From: an uncultured virus (IMG/VR IMGVR_UViG_3300002488_000005) | Taxonomy: Duplodnaviria; Heunggongvirae; Uroviricota; Caudoviricetes | Length of the DNA stretch: 64,000 nt | Virus record (IMG/VR): IMGVR_UViG_3300002488_000005 | Coordinates: 1 to 64,000 of that record | Reading direction: 5' to 3' (one strand) | Part shown: one piece after another, positions 48,100 through 57,840 of the stretch | Layout of the letters: the number at the start of each line of letters is the position of its first letter | Numbering within the stretch: the first letter of the stretch is position 1 | Made by a program: the position numbers and the translations under genes | Notes under the pieces: model-generated | Databases searched by the model: none | Told to the model about the DNA's origin: nothing | Seen by the model: the letters and a program-made list of their open reading frames with translations, nothing else

Positions 48100-50870
48100 C
48101 AGTAGTAGGAAATGATTTGTTGCCAAATTGTTATGTAAAAAAAATAAATTTACATGATAACAAGATTGAAGTTAAGGCATTCTGTGTCGACTCCAACACA
48201 GAACCAGAATGGTGCAATGATCCGGTAAAGATGAAATATTACAAATTGGTTGTCGTATCGACACAATCAGAGGCTGTTATTTTATCTATGCGTGAAGGTA
48301 TCCTGAAAATGAACAAAAGGCACATTCAAAAGTTAGATGCAAATGCAGTTGTTAAAGTTGTTTCTATGAAGCACATAAAGTCTGAGGTCGTAGATGGTAA
48401 TAAGATTTACCAAATTACAACTTCACATCCTTACGAAAATACCAATAATTTATTTGTTTATGCTGCTGTAGTAGTTGATCCTATTGAGATTGCCGGCGAA
48501 AGATTCGCAGACGTAGAGTTTATTCAGGGCCCCATAGCCTCAGAGATTGTTTTTGAAAACGGCATAATGCAAACAACAACCAGCATTTGGAAATTGCCTA
48601 GTAATGAGCAATGGATTGGGCCAGTGCACCGACATCCAGAAGCAGGATTTATGCAGTTCTCTAGGCACTCTGACAATATTCCACACCAGCCAGTCTCTAG
48701 AGTTTATGTTCCTAATTTGAAACTGAAAGATCTAAGAAAAAAAACAAAAAGAAAAAATAGCATAAAAAAGTTTTCAAATAAGTTAACAGAAGTTTCTGAT
48801 TTATTTCATTCGTTTGGAGATGATGGTGCTAATAAATTTATGTTTTTCGTCAACATGGAGCAAATAATTTATAAAAACACAAAATATGGAACTGTCTTTT
48901 TGGCCCTTGACGATTCATATTCTGACAAATTCATCAATCAAATAAGATTTAGAAATTTATCAATCAACAGAAACAAAATCAAAACATTTAGATTTATTAG
49001 CAACAAAGAAAAGAAAAGAAAAACCGTCGAGACAAAAAGAATTATTACAAATTTTGAAAATATCGAGAGGGAATTCGTTGCTTCATACGGCGGCGAAACA
49101 ATTCAGAGAAGAATCTTTCCCTTTGATAAAAAGTTAATGGCGATAGAATTCCCAGACACAGAATTACAAGAATTATTTGGTAAATATAATTATGATTTTT
49201 CTATGTCGTTTATGGATCCCACCATTGTTGAGGCTAAATCAATTTTGCAAGATGTTTTACAAGCAATGAAATCGATAGACGATTACTTAAAAAGAATAAA
49301 TTTTAGATTGAGAACAAAGGCACTAAAAGATAACCCTCCTAGCAACTGGTTTTCATCTGAGTTGTCTCTCTTTTCAGAAGATATCAGCACTGCTCCATGG
49401 ATTTTCGCTCCAAAAATTTATTCTAAATACAAAAACATGTTTTTTAATGACGGAGAATCAACAGAGGCCACAGAGAACAAAAACTTTTCTCTTATAGAGC
49501 CCAAATCGTTGAACTATGGCTCACTATTGAATTTCAAATCAGAATTGTATAATTTGTACAATTATATTGAAAACGTTTTTGAGATAAAGATTGATAGTAA
49601 GAGTATAAACAATGAATTTTCGTGGCCCAAAAAAACAGCAATGAGCAACATGGTGACTTACACTGCTCATTTTGAAAAAATAATTGAGCCACACTCCCAC
49701 AGAAAGTTTTATTCGTATCTTCAAGACGGCACTGGTGACACATTTTTTAGAAGAATAAATAAAAACCAGATAAACCAAAGAGTACAAATTGAAAATAATA
49801 AATTTTTCAAATCTATGAAAAACGATTCTGACTCCGGTACGTTTGGAGATGTGAACAGCAGTAAAGCATCCTTTTTTACCCCAGTGTCTGTTCGGGGTAA
49901 CAATAAACACTTTTCACTAGAAGATGTCAGAAATGTTGACTTGATAGAGTTCAACAAGTTCTATGATAATATAAAAATCAGAAAAGTTCGAAGCAAAAAG
50001 AGCGTGTTTAGAATAACGCCGTTAGCTTTTGAAATGTTTCCACATCTCTTTGAAACACAAAACGAAGAAGATTACTATGTGGATGCCGAAGACTATTTAG
50101 GTAGTGATTCTAATTTCTTGAATTTTTCTGATGTTGAGGTTGAACAAAAGAAGAAAAAGTTTAGACAGAAAACCAAAAGAAAATTTAGTAATAAAATTTC
50201 CAAAAACAAGACAAGCTCTAGAGACAAAATTTCGATTTATAAAAAGAATAATATTTTTACGAAAAGGCCTATTTCTCGTGCTCCGAAAAGCTCTAGAGGG
50301 GTTCCTCTGATACCAAATCAATTTAGAGCTTTCAATTTTAAATCTTTGAAAATTGCGAAGCCCGTCTTCACTCAAAGAGAAGTAATCGAAGCAGATAATG
50401 ATTTGCTTGTTTCTGTTTATTATTTTTATATTTCTCAATTTGAATATCTGTTGGATTTCAAAGTTAGTTCAAATGGAGTTAAAGATTTGAAGAATCCTAT
50501 TTGGAATGTTGTGACTCACGATATGATAGATAGTTTGTCGAATGGAACATTGTGTAGAATGGTAAGACCAAAAAGCATGGCTACTAATTACGAAATAGAC
50601 GAAAGAGTTGTGCTGCCGTATTCAGATGAGCATTTTATCATGACCAACAGCACTCTCCCTGCGATTGCTCCCGAGGCCACAACATCATCATCATCGCAAA
50701 CAATAAACAATTTCACAACCACAGCAAATGTTGATATGGCCGGCAGTGTAAGCGAATTAATAAAGCAAAATCCTACAACAGAAGAACAAATTTTCTCCTC
50801 AACAGAGACAAAAGAAACAGGACAAACAGCCGCAGCAACTAACTATAACACTGGAACTGGAGGCTACTAA
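48096..50870 (+). CDS. hypothetical structural protein
   Basis: 924-aa ORF coupled to its neighbours; ends GTGGY. Confidence 0.65.
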   Translation: MTVVGNDLLPNCYVKKINLHDNKIEVKAFCVDSNTEPEWCNDPVKMKYYKLVVVSTQSEAVILSMREGILKMNKRHIQKLDANAVVKVVSMKHIKSEVVDGNKIYQITTSHPYENTNNLFVYAAVVVDPIEIAGERFADVEFIQGPIASEIVFENGIMQTTTSIWKLPSNEQWIGPVHRHPEAGFMQFSRHSDNIPHQPVSRVYVPNLKLKDLRKKTKRKNSIKKFSNKLTEVSDLFHSFGDDGANKFMFFVNMEQIIYKNTKYGTVFLALDDSYSDKFINQIRFRNLSINRNKIKTFRFISNKEKKRKTVETKRIITNFENIEREFVASYGGETIQRRIFPFDKKLMAIEFPDTELQELFGKYNYDFSMSFMDPTIVEAKSILQDVLQAMKSIDDYLKRINFRLRTKALKDNPPSNWFSSELSLFSEDISTAPWIFAPKIYSKYKNMFFNDGESTEATENKNFSLIEPKSLNYGSLLNFKSELYNLYNYIENVFEIKIDSKSINNEFSWPKKTAMSNMVTYTAHFEKIIEPHSHRKFYSYLQDGTGDTFFRRINKNQINQRVQIENNKFFKSMKNDSDSGTFGDVNSSKASFFTPVSVRGNNKHFSLEDVRNVDLIEFNKFYDNIKIRKVRSKKSVFRITPLAFEMFPHLFETQNEEDYYVDAEDYLGSDSNFLNFSDVEVEQKKKKFRQKTKRKFSNKISKNKTSSRDKISIYKKNNIFTKRPISRAPKSSRGVPLIPNQFRAFNFKSLKIAKPVFTQREVIEADNDLLVSVYYFYISQFEYLLDFKVSSNGVKDLKNPIWNVVTHDMIDSLSNGTLCRMVRPKSMATNYEIDERVVLPYSDEHFIMTNSTLPAIAPEATTSSSSQTINNFTTTANVDMAGSVSELIKQNPTTEEQIFSSTETKETGQTAAATNYNTGTGGY

Positions 50871-52816
50871 TGAACTTTTCTTTAGAAAGAAAAATAAAAA
50901 GAAATGTCGTAGAGGACTATAAACTAAAACTTTCACAAACAGAAGATGAGCCTAATCTGCTCAATGCACAAATTTTGTCAAAAGAAGCAAAAATAGAATT
51001 CAAGAGCAGAAGTGAAAAAATAAGCTCTTTTAGCGATGTTATACAAGTCAAATTGTCACCAAACATAGACGAAGACACTTTTAATTCTTTGGTCTCTGAC
51101 TTGAACGAGGAACAGTTTACATTTCACAATATGAATTATTCCCTACCAGTAGAAAGTGACTTTTTGATTCCATATGAAGTTCATGGCAAAAGTCCGACAA
51201 TCAAGATAGGCTCTAAGGTCAATTTTTATAATGAACAAATAGAAATAAATAATGAAATAAATGGCACACCGGATAGNATTTACAGACGGGCTGTAGACTT
51301 TGAAACAAAAAAATCGATTGATTTCTTTAGTGCTGCGAATAGAGGCGAAAACAACACGGGCAAAGACATTTTACATGAAAGTATTGATTTTGCCAATATA
51401 AATAGCAACAAGGAACTATACCCTTGTCATTCTGAAATAACAATTTCTAGAAACGAAATAGAGGTATTTAGGCCAATACTAAAAGAATTGAAATTCTATT
51501 CATTGTTTATGAATGAAACGGAAAGAAAAATGAATAGAATTTTGTCATATTCCAATCAAAGAAACGAATCAGAGCAAAATTATCAATTCAATTTGTTAAA
51601 TAATATAATCTCAAGTATGTCCGATGCTGATTTCAATGAACATCTTGTCTCTAGACAAGAATCAAGTACTATCAATTTTATTACAAAACTTGAGGCCTTA
51701 GGAAAACTACAAAAACAGTCATTATATAATTCTAATTATAAAAAACTTGTAGAAACAGGAGCAGTACCAGTTGAAACTATCTTTTATAAAATAACAAAAT
51801 TTGAAGGGTTCCAAACAACAAACCCAGTAAAAAGTTTTATGGTACCGAATTATTCTGACGTGGTTAGTTTTATCGACACAGAGGTCAATTATAATAATAA
51901 TTATACTTATTCTATAAGTGCATACGTTGTTGTTTATGGCGTCACATATTCCTACAACCTCGTTGATCAAAATTATGATTCTAGACAAGCAACTTTTGAG
52001 GTTAGGTCAGAGCCAAATCCTATTGTTACAAAAATTGATTTTATTTCTAAATCAATAACAATCTCAACTAACCCGCCATTATCACCTGACGTCAGATTTA
52101 TTAACGAGTCTAGCAGCACTAACTTAATAAAAATGGCCTTTTTGATGAGAAAGGGGATTGAGAAAAAGTATTTCATAAACTTGTTAGAGCGAGACTCTAT
52201 GCTAGAAATGAAGACAGATCCAGTAGACAATAAAGTAACTTTTGAAAACGCCATCGAGCCACTGACAGTACAGGTTATGCGATTAGACAAGAGGCCAAAA
52301 TCAATTTATGATTTTAAAGACTCTATTGTGACAACAATTACAAAGCAAGATGATGATTCAAGAAATATGGAGCTAATTATTCATAAAGAAAATATTTTTC
52401 CTAATAAAAAATATTATTACATTTTTAGGACGCAAAGCGTGACGGGCATGGTCTCTAATCCATCACCGGTATATGAAGTAGAGTTGATAAAGGATTCTGA
52501 TAAATCTAAAATTTCTGTGTCTATTATAAAAGTTGATATGGTAAAAGATTTTGATCCTACAAGAAAATTTAGGAACATGCTACAAGTCAAGCCTGCATTT
52601 ATTCATACTGTACTTTTAGACAAAAGAGAGGACACATCTACGATGCCTAACAGCAACACAGACCCTCTAAGTTTGTTCAGTCTTGGAAAGGCAGATTATC
52701 CAATTTGGGGTAGAAAATTCAAGATTCGAATCAAGTCAAATGAAAGCGGGAAAATTTTAGATCTAAATCTAAATTTTAGTCTAATAAAGGAGCGAATCAA
52801 AGAAGATTTGTCATAA
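50870..52816 (+). CDS. hypothetical structural protein with FN3-like segments
   Basis: FIDTEVNYNNNYTYSI and PNKKYYYIFR...SNPS. Confidence 0.65.
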   Translation: MNFSLERKIKRNVVEDYKLKLSQTEDEPNLLNAQILSKEAKIEFKSRSEKISSFSDVIQVKLSPNIDEDTFNSLVSDLNEEQFTFHNMNYSLPVESDFLIPYEVHGKSPTIKIGSKVNFYNEQIEINNEINGTPDXIYRRAVDFETKKSIDFFSAANRGENNTGKDILHESIDFANINSNKELYPCHSEITISRNEIEVFRPILKELKFYSLFMNETERKMNRILSYSNQRNESEQNYQFNLLNNIISSMSDADFNEHLVSRQESSTINFITKLEALGKLQKQSLYNSNYKKLVETGAVPVETIFYKITKFEGFQTTNPVKSFMVPNYSDVVSFIDTEVNYNNNYTYSISAYVVVYGVTYSYNLVDQNYDSRQATFEVRSEPNPIVTKIDFISKSITISTNPPLSPDVRFINESSSTNLIKMAFLMRKGIEKKYFINLLERDSMLEMKTDPVDNKVTFENAIEPLTVQVMRLDKRPKSIYDFKDSIVTTITKQDDDSRNMELIIHKENIFPNKKYYYIFRTQSVTGMVSNPSPVYEVELIKDSDKSKISVSIIKVDMVKDFDPTRKFRNMLQVKPAFIHTVLLDKREDTSTMPNSNTDPLSLFSLGKADYPIWGRKFKIRIKSNESGKILDLNLNFSLIKERIKEDLS

Positions 52817-52820
52817 AGAC

Positions 52821-52827
52821 CTATTTA
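52821..52827 (+). promoter_or_regulatory. putative late promoter motif CTATTTA
   Basis: intergenic, before the AAGGAG SD and ATG at 52849. Confidence 0.55.
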
Positions 52828-52848
52828 TAGTGATCAAGGAGATATTAA

Positions 52849-53793
52849 ATGGCTTTTTTAGATAATAGTGGTGATATTATTTTAGATGTTGTACTAACAG
52901 ACCATGGGAGAAAAGTGTTGTCAAAAGGAGATGGCTCTTTTCAAATTACAAAATTTGCAGTTGGAGATGAGGAAATTGATTATACTTTGTATAATACTTC
53001 TCATGCTAGCGGATCTGCTTATTATGATCTAGAAATTCTACAAACACCAGTACTAGAGGCTTTTACTAACAATGCCTCTTCAATGAAGACAAAGCTAATT
53101 TCCATTCAGAATAACAATCTCTTGTATCTACCAGTTCTGAAACTAAATGAAAACTATAATGACACACAAAGAAACACAAAAGGTGTTTATGTCGTGGCAG
53201 TAGATAGAGAGACTGAAGGTACTGACGCTGCTGGTACAATTAAAGCGATCGGTATTGATCAAAATGGAAAACATGTTGTTGGTGTTTTATTCGGAGAATC
53301 TTTTGAAAGCTCAAATAGCATCCGAGTTGATCAGGGAATAGACAGCAGCGAAATTTCTCCGAAGCAATCCTCTTTGATGGACGGATTGATTGAAGATGTT
53401 TACATTTTACAAATTGACAATCGATTAGGGAGAATCGTTGACTTAAATGGAAATAGAATCTCAGAAGATTACATCGACGATGATGATATAGCTTTTTACA
53501 CAGTAGATGCATCAACTGGTTTAGTGGTCAACAACTCCGATGATTCTACTTCTTCAACACAAACAATTTCTGGACCGAGAGGATCCATTTTACAATTCAA
53601 AATAGCAGCCTCGCTTGATTTGAACACTAGCACCTATTTGTTTACAAAGCTAGGTGGAACAGATACGATGCCGAGAAAAAGCGATGGTGCAAATACTAAT
53701 GTTCGAATTATCGATACTCATGTTAGAGTAACAGGAATGGTCACAGGCTACACTTTAGACATTCCTGTTAGATTTGTAAAAACAATTACTTAA
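52849..53793 (+). CDS. baseplate/tail structural protein
   Basis: ILDVVLTDHGRKVLSKG..ITKFAVGDEEIDY, TPVLEAF. Confidence 0.7.
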   Translation: MAFLDNSGDIILDVVLTDHGRKVLSKGDGSFQITKFAVGDEEIDYTLYNTSHASGSAYYDLEILQTPVLEAFTNNASSMKTKLISIQNNNLLYLPVLKLNENYNDTQRNTKGVYVVAVDRETEGTDAAGTIKAIGIDQNGKHVVGVLFGESFESSNSIRVDQGIDSSEISPKQSSLMDGLIEDVYILQIDNRLGRIVDLNGNRISEDYIDDDDIAFYTVDASTGLVVNNSDDSTSSTQTISGPRGSILQFKIAASLDLNTSTYLFTKLGGTDTMPRKSDGANTNVRIIDTHVRVTGMVTGYTLDIPVRFVKTIT

Positions 53794-53808
53794 TAGAGAG
53801 AGAAAAAA

Positions 53809-54924
53809 ATGGCAGATAGCTTTTATAAAACACTAGACGGTGCAATTGATATTGTTGACACAAGGACACTATTACATGAAGCAATACCGTTGACTGGGAC
53901 TATTGTTTCTGGTACTTATGGAACAAACAACATTAAAAATTTTGCTCACGGCATGTTTCAGTCCGTATATGATTATCCTTACCTTAGTTCTTCGGCTAAT
54001 CATATTTTTGACATAACAATTGGAGTAGGTGCTTCCTCAGGTTTGGCTGCTAGCATCACGACCACAAATGGGCAAAAATCAAAGAAGAGAAACATTTACA
54101 ATCAAATGGCACAATTACTAATGGGCTATGACCATACTGGTTCTGTTTTGCAGTTTGATGAAGATGGTAATATTGCTGGTGGCGGCACCAAAATGAACGA
54201 TGTTGTCTTTCTAAACTTTTCACGCCTATTGGTAAAAGACGAGATAAAGAAAGGTTCTTTTTCGTTAGACCTTGGGGTCACTCCGGCATACGCTCCGGGA
54301 TCACATATGGCAAAAAGAATAACAATCTCAGATCAAAGTGGATCTAGTGGCTATCTTGTAAATTCCCCTGCTGGAGAATATGGCATTCTATATGCAACAA
54401 ATAGTTCTGGCGTGACCGCTAATATTTTGAAAGCAAACCAATCATATGCAGTTGGCCATATTTACTATCAAGCAGGGATCGCAGTTATTAGTTCCTCTGT
54501 ATTCTTAAAACAATCAGATGGTGGGATCTTAAATAATAGTCATTATTCACTAAGTATGTCAGGACCATCTACAACATCTGAAAACTTTAAGGCTGTCTTA
54601 ACAGGATCGCAAATTTCAGGAGCAGCAGACAACATTAGGTCAAGAATATACAATATTCAATTCAACAACACAGTTGAGCTTAATTCTACAATTTATTTTT
54701 GCAGAATGAATCATAACGAATTCAATTATTCTACTAACCCAACCTATCTCAACAATAGTAAATTGAGAGTAAAGACAAAGTCTACTGATTCTCCTGTTGC
54801 TTATATAACGACAATTGGTCTTTATAACGATAATAATGAATTGATGGCGGTTGCTAAATTATCTGAACCTCTCAAGAAGGACCCAAGTCAAGAATACACA
54901 ATTAGAGCCCGTTTAGATTATTAG
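53809..54924 (+). CDS. baseplate/tail structural protein
   Basis: FNYSTNPTY, YITTIGLYNDNNELMAVAKLSEPLKK. Confidence 0.7.
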   Translation: MADSFYKTLDGAIDIVDTRTLLHEAIPLTGTIVSGTYGTNNIKNFAHGMFQSVYDYPYLSSSANHIFDITIGVGASSGLAASITTTNGQKSKKRNIYNQMAQLLMGYDHTGSVLQFDEDGNIAGGGTKMNDVVFLNFSRLLVKDEIKKGSFSLDLGVTPAYAPGSHMAKRITISDQSGSSGYLVNSPAGEYGILYATNSSGVTANILKANQSYAVGHIYYQAGIAVISSSVFLKQSDGGILNNSHYSLSMSGPSTTSENFKAVLTGSQISGAADNIRSRIYNIQFNNTVELNSTIYFCRMNHNEFNYSTNPTYLNNSKLRVKTKSTDSPVAYITTIGLYNDNNELMAVAKLSEPLKKDPSQEYTIRARLDY

Positions 54925-54935
54925 ATCTCAATAAA

Positions 54936-54942
54936 CTAATTA
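54936..54942 (+). promoter_or_regulatory. putative late promoter variant CTAATTA
   Basis: intergenic, before the GGAGG SD of 54957. Confidence 0.45.
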
Positions 54943-54956
54943 TTGGGAGGCTATCA

Positions 54957-56114
54957 ATGACATTTTACAAATTTGAAGAAGATGATTTATTTACAAACAC
55001 TATAGAGGCTTATCCGCAATATTCTTTTTATATTCAGAGCGGATCACTTTATGTCGATAATATTCCGAATATTACAAGTTCAACCAATGCTAACATTCTA
55101 AATGTACCGCAGGGCGAGACTTCTTTATATGAAATGAACATAAATCGCTCTAATAACTTTATTCATCCGTTTGTTATAAAGAACAGCAGCCGAGACAGTT
55201 TCAAGAAAATAAAAAAAGAGGTTTACAATTCAAGTCTGACATTTGACGGCCAGACGGCTGCATCATCATACAGGATGTCTGCAAGCCTGTCGAGAGATTA
55301 TTTCAGCACTACGACTAGATCTAGAATTCAAGCACTAAAGAATAACTTCAAACATTACACTTACTTATCACCCCACTATCAGTATTCGTCATCACTTGGC
55401 GATAAAGCAACACAAAACATCAATCTAATCTCCATTCCTTCTATATTGTATGGCTCATCAATAAAAAAAGGCTCTTTATCGCTAAAATACTATATTTCTG
55501 GTAGTCTGGTAGGAGAGCTATCTGACTATAGAAGGAATGGAGATTTAGTTCAAGTTGGGCCTGCTGGTTCTACGGGATCCGGATCAGTGGCTGGTGTTGT
55601 TTTATACAATGAGGGGTTCGTCGCATTAACTGGCAGTTGGTCTCTTGATTCTCATTCTATTGCGTATGACACAACAGGCAACTCAAAGTGGGTACATTTT
55701 GGCTATGGTATCAAAAACAGTTCCGGCGTCAAGCCCACAATCGCCAGTACAACTTTGTCTGCTAGTTTTCTGATGGAATACTCAGGAACTACTCATACAC
55801 AAGTCTTGACAATGATGGCTCATTCGCCTTATGGTGAATTAAATCATTCTAATAATCCGACATTTGTATCATCGTCAAATAAATTCGAAATCACATCGGG
55901 ATCACATCAGTTTGTAGAATCCCCAAAGGTAATAAAGAATGTTGTCTATTCTCAGTTTGCTGATGTGGAGCCGCAATTTAAAAAAGTTGTTTACATTTCA
56001 AAAATAGGACTGTATGACAAAGACAAAAACCTAATTGGTATTGCAAAAGTAGCAACGCCTGTAAGAAAAACTGAGGAGCAATCATATACATTCAAGCTAA
56101 AATTAGACATTTAG
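54957..56114 (+). CDS. baseplate/tail structural protein (paralog of 53809)
   Basis: IKKGSLSL, LNHSNNPTF, YISKIGLYDKDKNLIGIAK. Confidence 0.7.
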   Translation: MTFYKFEEDDLFTNTIEAYPQYSFYIQSGSLYVDNIPNITSSTNANILNVPQGETSLYEMNINRSNNFIHPFVIKNSSRDSFKKIKKEVYNSSLTFDGQTAASSYRMSASLSRDYFSTTTRSRIQALKNNFKHYTYLSPHYQYSSSLGDKATQNINLISIPSILYGSSIKKGSLSLKYYISGSLVGELSDYRRNGDLVQVGPAGSTGSGSVAGVVLYNEGFVALTGSWSLDSHSIAYDTTGNSKWVHFGYGIKNSSGVKPTIASTTLSASFLMEYSGTTHTQVLTMMAHSPYGELNHSNNPTFVSSSNKFEITSGSHQFVESPKVIKNVVYSQFADVEPQFKKVVYISKIGLYDKDKNLIGIAKVATPVRKTEEQSYTFKLKLDI

Positions 56115-56117
56115 TAC

Positions 56118-56146
56118 TTGACAAGTGTATAATTATGTGTTATAAT
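56118..56146 (+). promoter_or_regulatory. sigma70-type promoter
   Basis: TTGACA, 17 bp ending in TGn, TATAAT. Confidence 0.85.
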
Positions 56147-56154
56147 ATAGTATT

Positions 56155-56676
56155 ATGAAAGAAGTTGTTTTAGGATTAGATATCAGTACTAGTAAAGTTG
56201 GTCTTTGTGTAATGGATTATAAATTCAATCTATTAGAGACCACGCTGATCAAGTTAAATACAAAAGAAGCACTAGAAGACAGGTGCCTACACATAGAAGA
56301 GTTTATTAACAATCTTGATTATAACATCAAAGATGTTTATGTCGAGTCTGCTTTTATAGCATTTTCCGGTGGAAAGACATCAGCAGTCACAATGAGCAAG
56401 CTACAGAGATTCAACGGAATGGTTTGCTTTATGATTAGAAAGCTGCTTGGCTTTATGGCAGTTCCATTGTCACCTGCTAAAGCAAGAGGGCTCGTTCATC
56501 TAAAAATAAAGCGTGGAGAAAACACCAAGCTAAGAGTGATTGAGCATGTTGAGCGTGCATTCCCAAAAGACTTTAATTATGAACTAACAAGACATGGAAA
56601 CCCTAAGCCCGGCACCGATGATCGAGCGGATGCAATTGTCATTGCATGGGCTGGCTTAAATCAAAAAAAGACCTAA
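56155..56676 (+). CDS. RuvC-like Holliday junction resolvase
   Basis: VLGLDISTSKVG, VYVES, DDRADAIVIA (RNase H-fold acidic residues). Confidence 0.8.
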   Translation: MKEVVLGLDISTSKVGLCVMDYKFNLLETTLIKLNTKEALEDRCLHIEEFINNLDYNIKDVYVESAFIAFSGGKTSAVTMSKLQRFNGMVCFMIRKLLGFMAVPLSPAKARGLVHLKIKRGENTKLRVIEHVERAFPKDFNYELTRHGNPKPGTDDRADAIVIAWAGLNQKKT

Positions 56677-56679
56677 TTA
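56673..56679 (+). promoter_or_regulatory. putative late promoter variant CTAATTA
   Basis: overlaps the RuvC stop and precedes 56703. Confidence 0.4.
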
Positions 56680-56702
56680 ATGATTGATTGGAGTTATTGA
56701 TT

Positions 56703-57833
56703 ATGAATTTTACATTGGAACAAGTACAACAAATCATTCAAGAGGAACTTGAAGATATTATCGCTGAGGATTGTTGGGATGGATATGAGCGTGTCGAAGG
56801 AACTGCTGAAGGTGCTCCCGGCTCTTGTCGCAAGAAGACTGACGAAAGTATAAACGAAGAGCAGATTGACGAAGCAGAAATTTGCAAGAAAGGAAAAGAT
56901 TGGGTTGATGGTAAGACAATCGGAGGCCAGAAGGTTAGCCGTGGTAAGGATGGAAAGTTCAACAACTGGTCTGCAAGAGCAGCACAAATTGCATCTAAAT
57001 ATTGCAAAGACCCTAACTACGGAAAAGGTAGAGGCAAGGATTCTAAAAAGGAAGGAATCATCAGAGAAGAAGAAGGTGGCCTGAAAAAATGGGAAAGAGA
57101 AAACTGGACTCATTCAGATGGTTCGCCGTGTGGTGCACCCAAAGGAGGAGGCGACGGATCTGATAGTCGCTGCAAGCCAGCATCAAAATGGGCAAAAATG
57201 TCTTCTAAAGAAAAGAAGGCTGATAATGCGAAAAAGAAGCGTGGCACCGATAAAGGCAAGCAATATGTAAAATCTAATTATCCTGTAAAAAACGAATCAC
57301 GTAAAAGGGTTATTGAAGTGCGTATAGTTAAAAAATCAAAATTAAAAGAACAAAAAAATTGTGGCTGTGGTCAAGACCCATGCAAAACATATGGACTCCA
57401 AGAGCAATACATCAGAGAAGAAGAAATGAGCGATAAGGACAGAAAAGAGTTGGAGCAAATTCGAGATAAATTATATGGCGCTTCAAAAGCACATAAAGGC
57501 CAAGCAGATAAACTTGATGGCATATTGAAAGAAGAAGAATTAGAAGAAGCGGTGTATCAAGGAAGAACAGTTACGCTAAACAAGCCAATGCGTGGTGACG
57601 TTAAAAAATTCAAAGTTTATGTCAATTCTGGGAAAAAAGACAAAGATGGTAAAGTAATAGCAAAGAAAGTTAATTTTGGTCACGGTGGAACCTCAGCTAA
57701 AGCCAAAGGCGAAAAGACAATGAAGATTAGAAAAAACAATCCGAAGGCTAGAAAAAACTTTAGAGCCCGTCACGGTTGCGATAATCCGGGACCAAAAACG
57801 AAAGCCAAATATTGGTCTTGCAAAAAGTGGTAA
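56703..57833 (+). CDS. modular basic protein, putative head-packaged polyprotein
   Basis: short K/R/C/W-rich modules separated by acidic I/L-x-E linkers. Confidence 0.7.
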   Translation: MNFTLEQVQQIIQEELEDIIAEDCWDGYERVEGTAEGAPGSCRKKTDESINEEQIDEAEICKKGKDWVDGKTIGGQKVSRGKDGKFNNWSARAAQIASKYCKDPNYGKGRGKDSKKEGIIREEEGGLKKWERENWTHSDGSPCGAPKGGGDGSDSRCKPASKWAKMSSKEKKADNAKKKRGTDKGKQYVKSNYPVKNESRKRVIEVRIVKKSKLKEQKNCGCGQDPCKTYGLQEQYIREEEMSDKDRKELEQIRDKLYGASKAHKGQADKLDGILKEEELEEAVYQGRTVTLNKPMRGDVKKFKVYVNSGKKDKDGKVIAKKVNFGHGGTSAKAKGEKTMKIRKNNPKARKNFRARHGCDNPGPKTKAKYWSCKKW

Positions 57834-57840
57834 AAAATAC

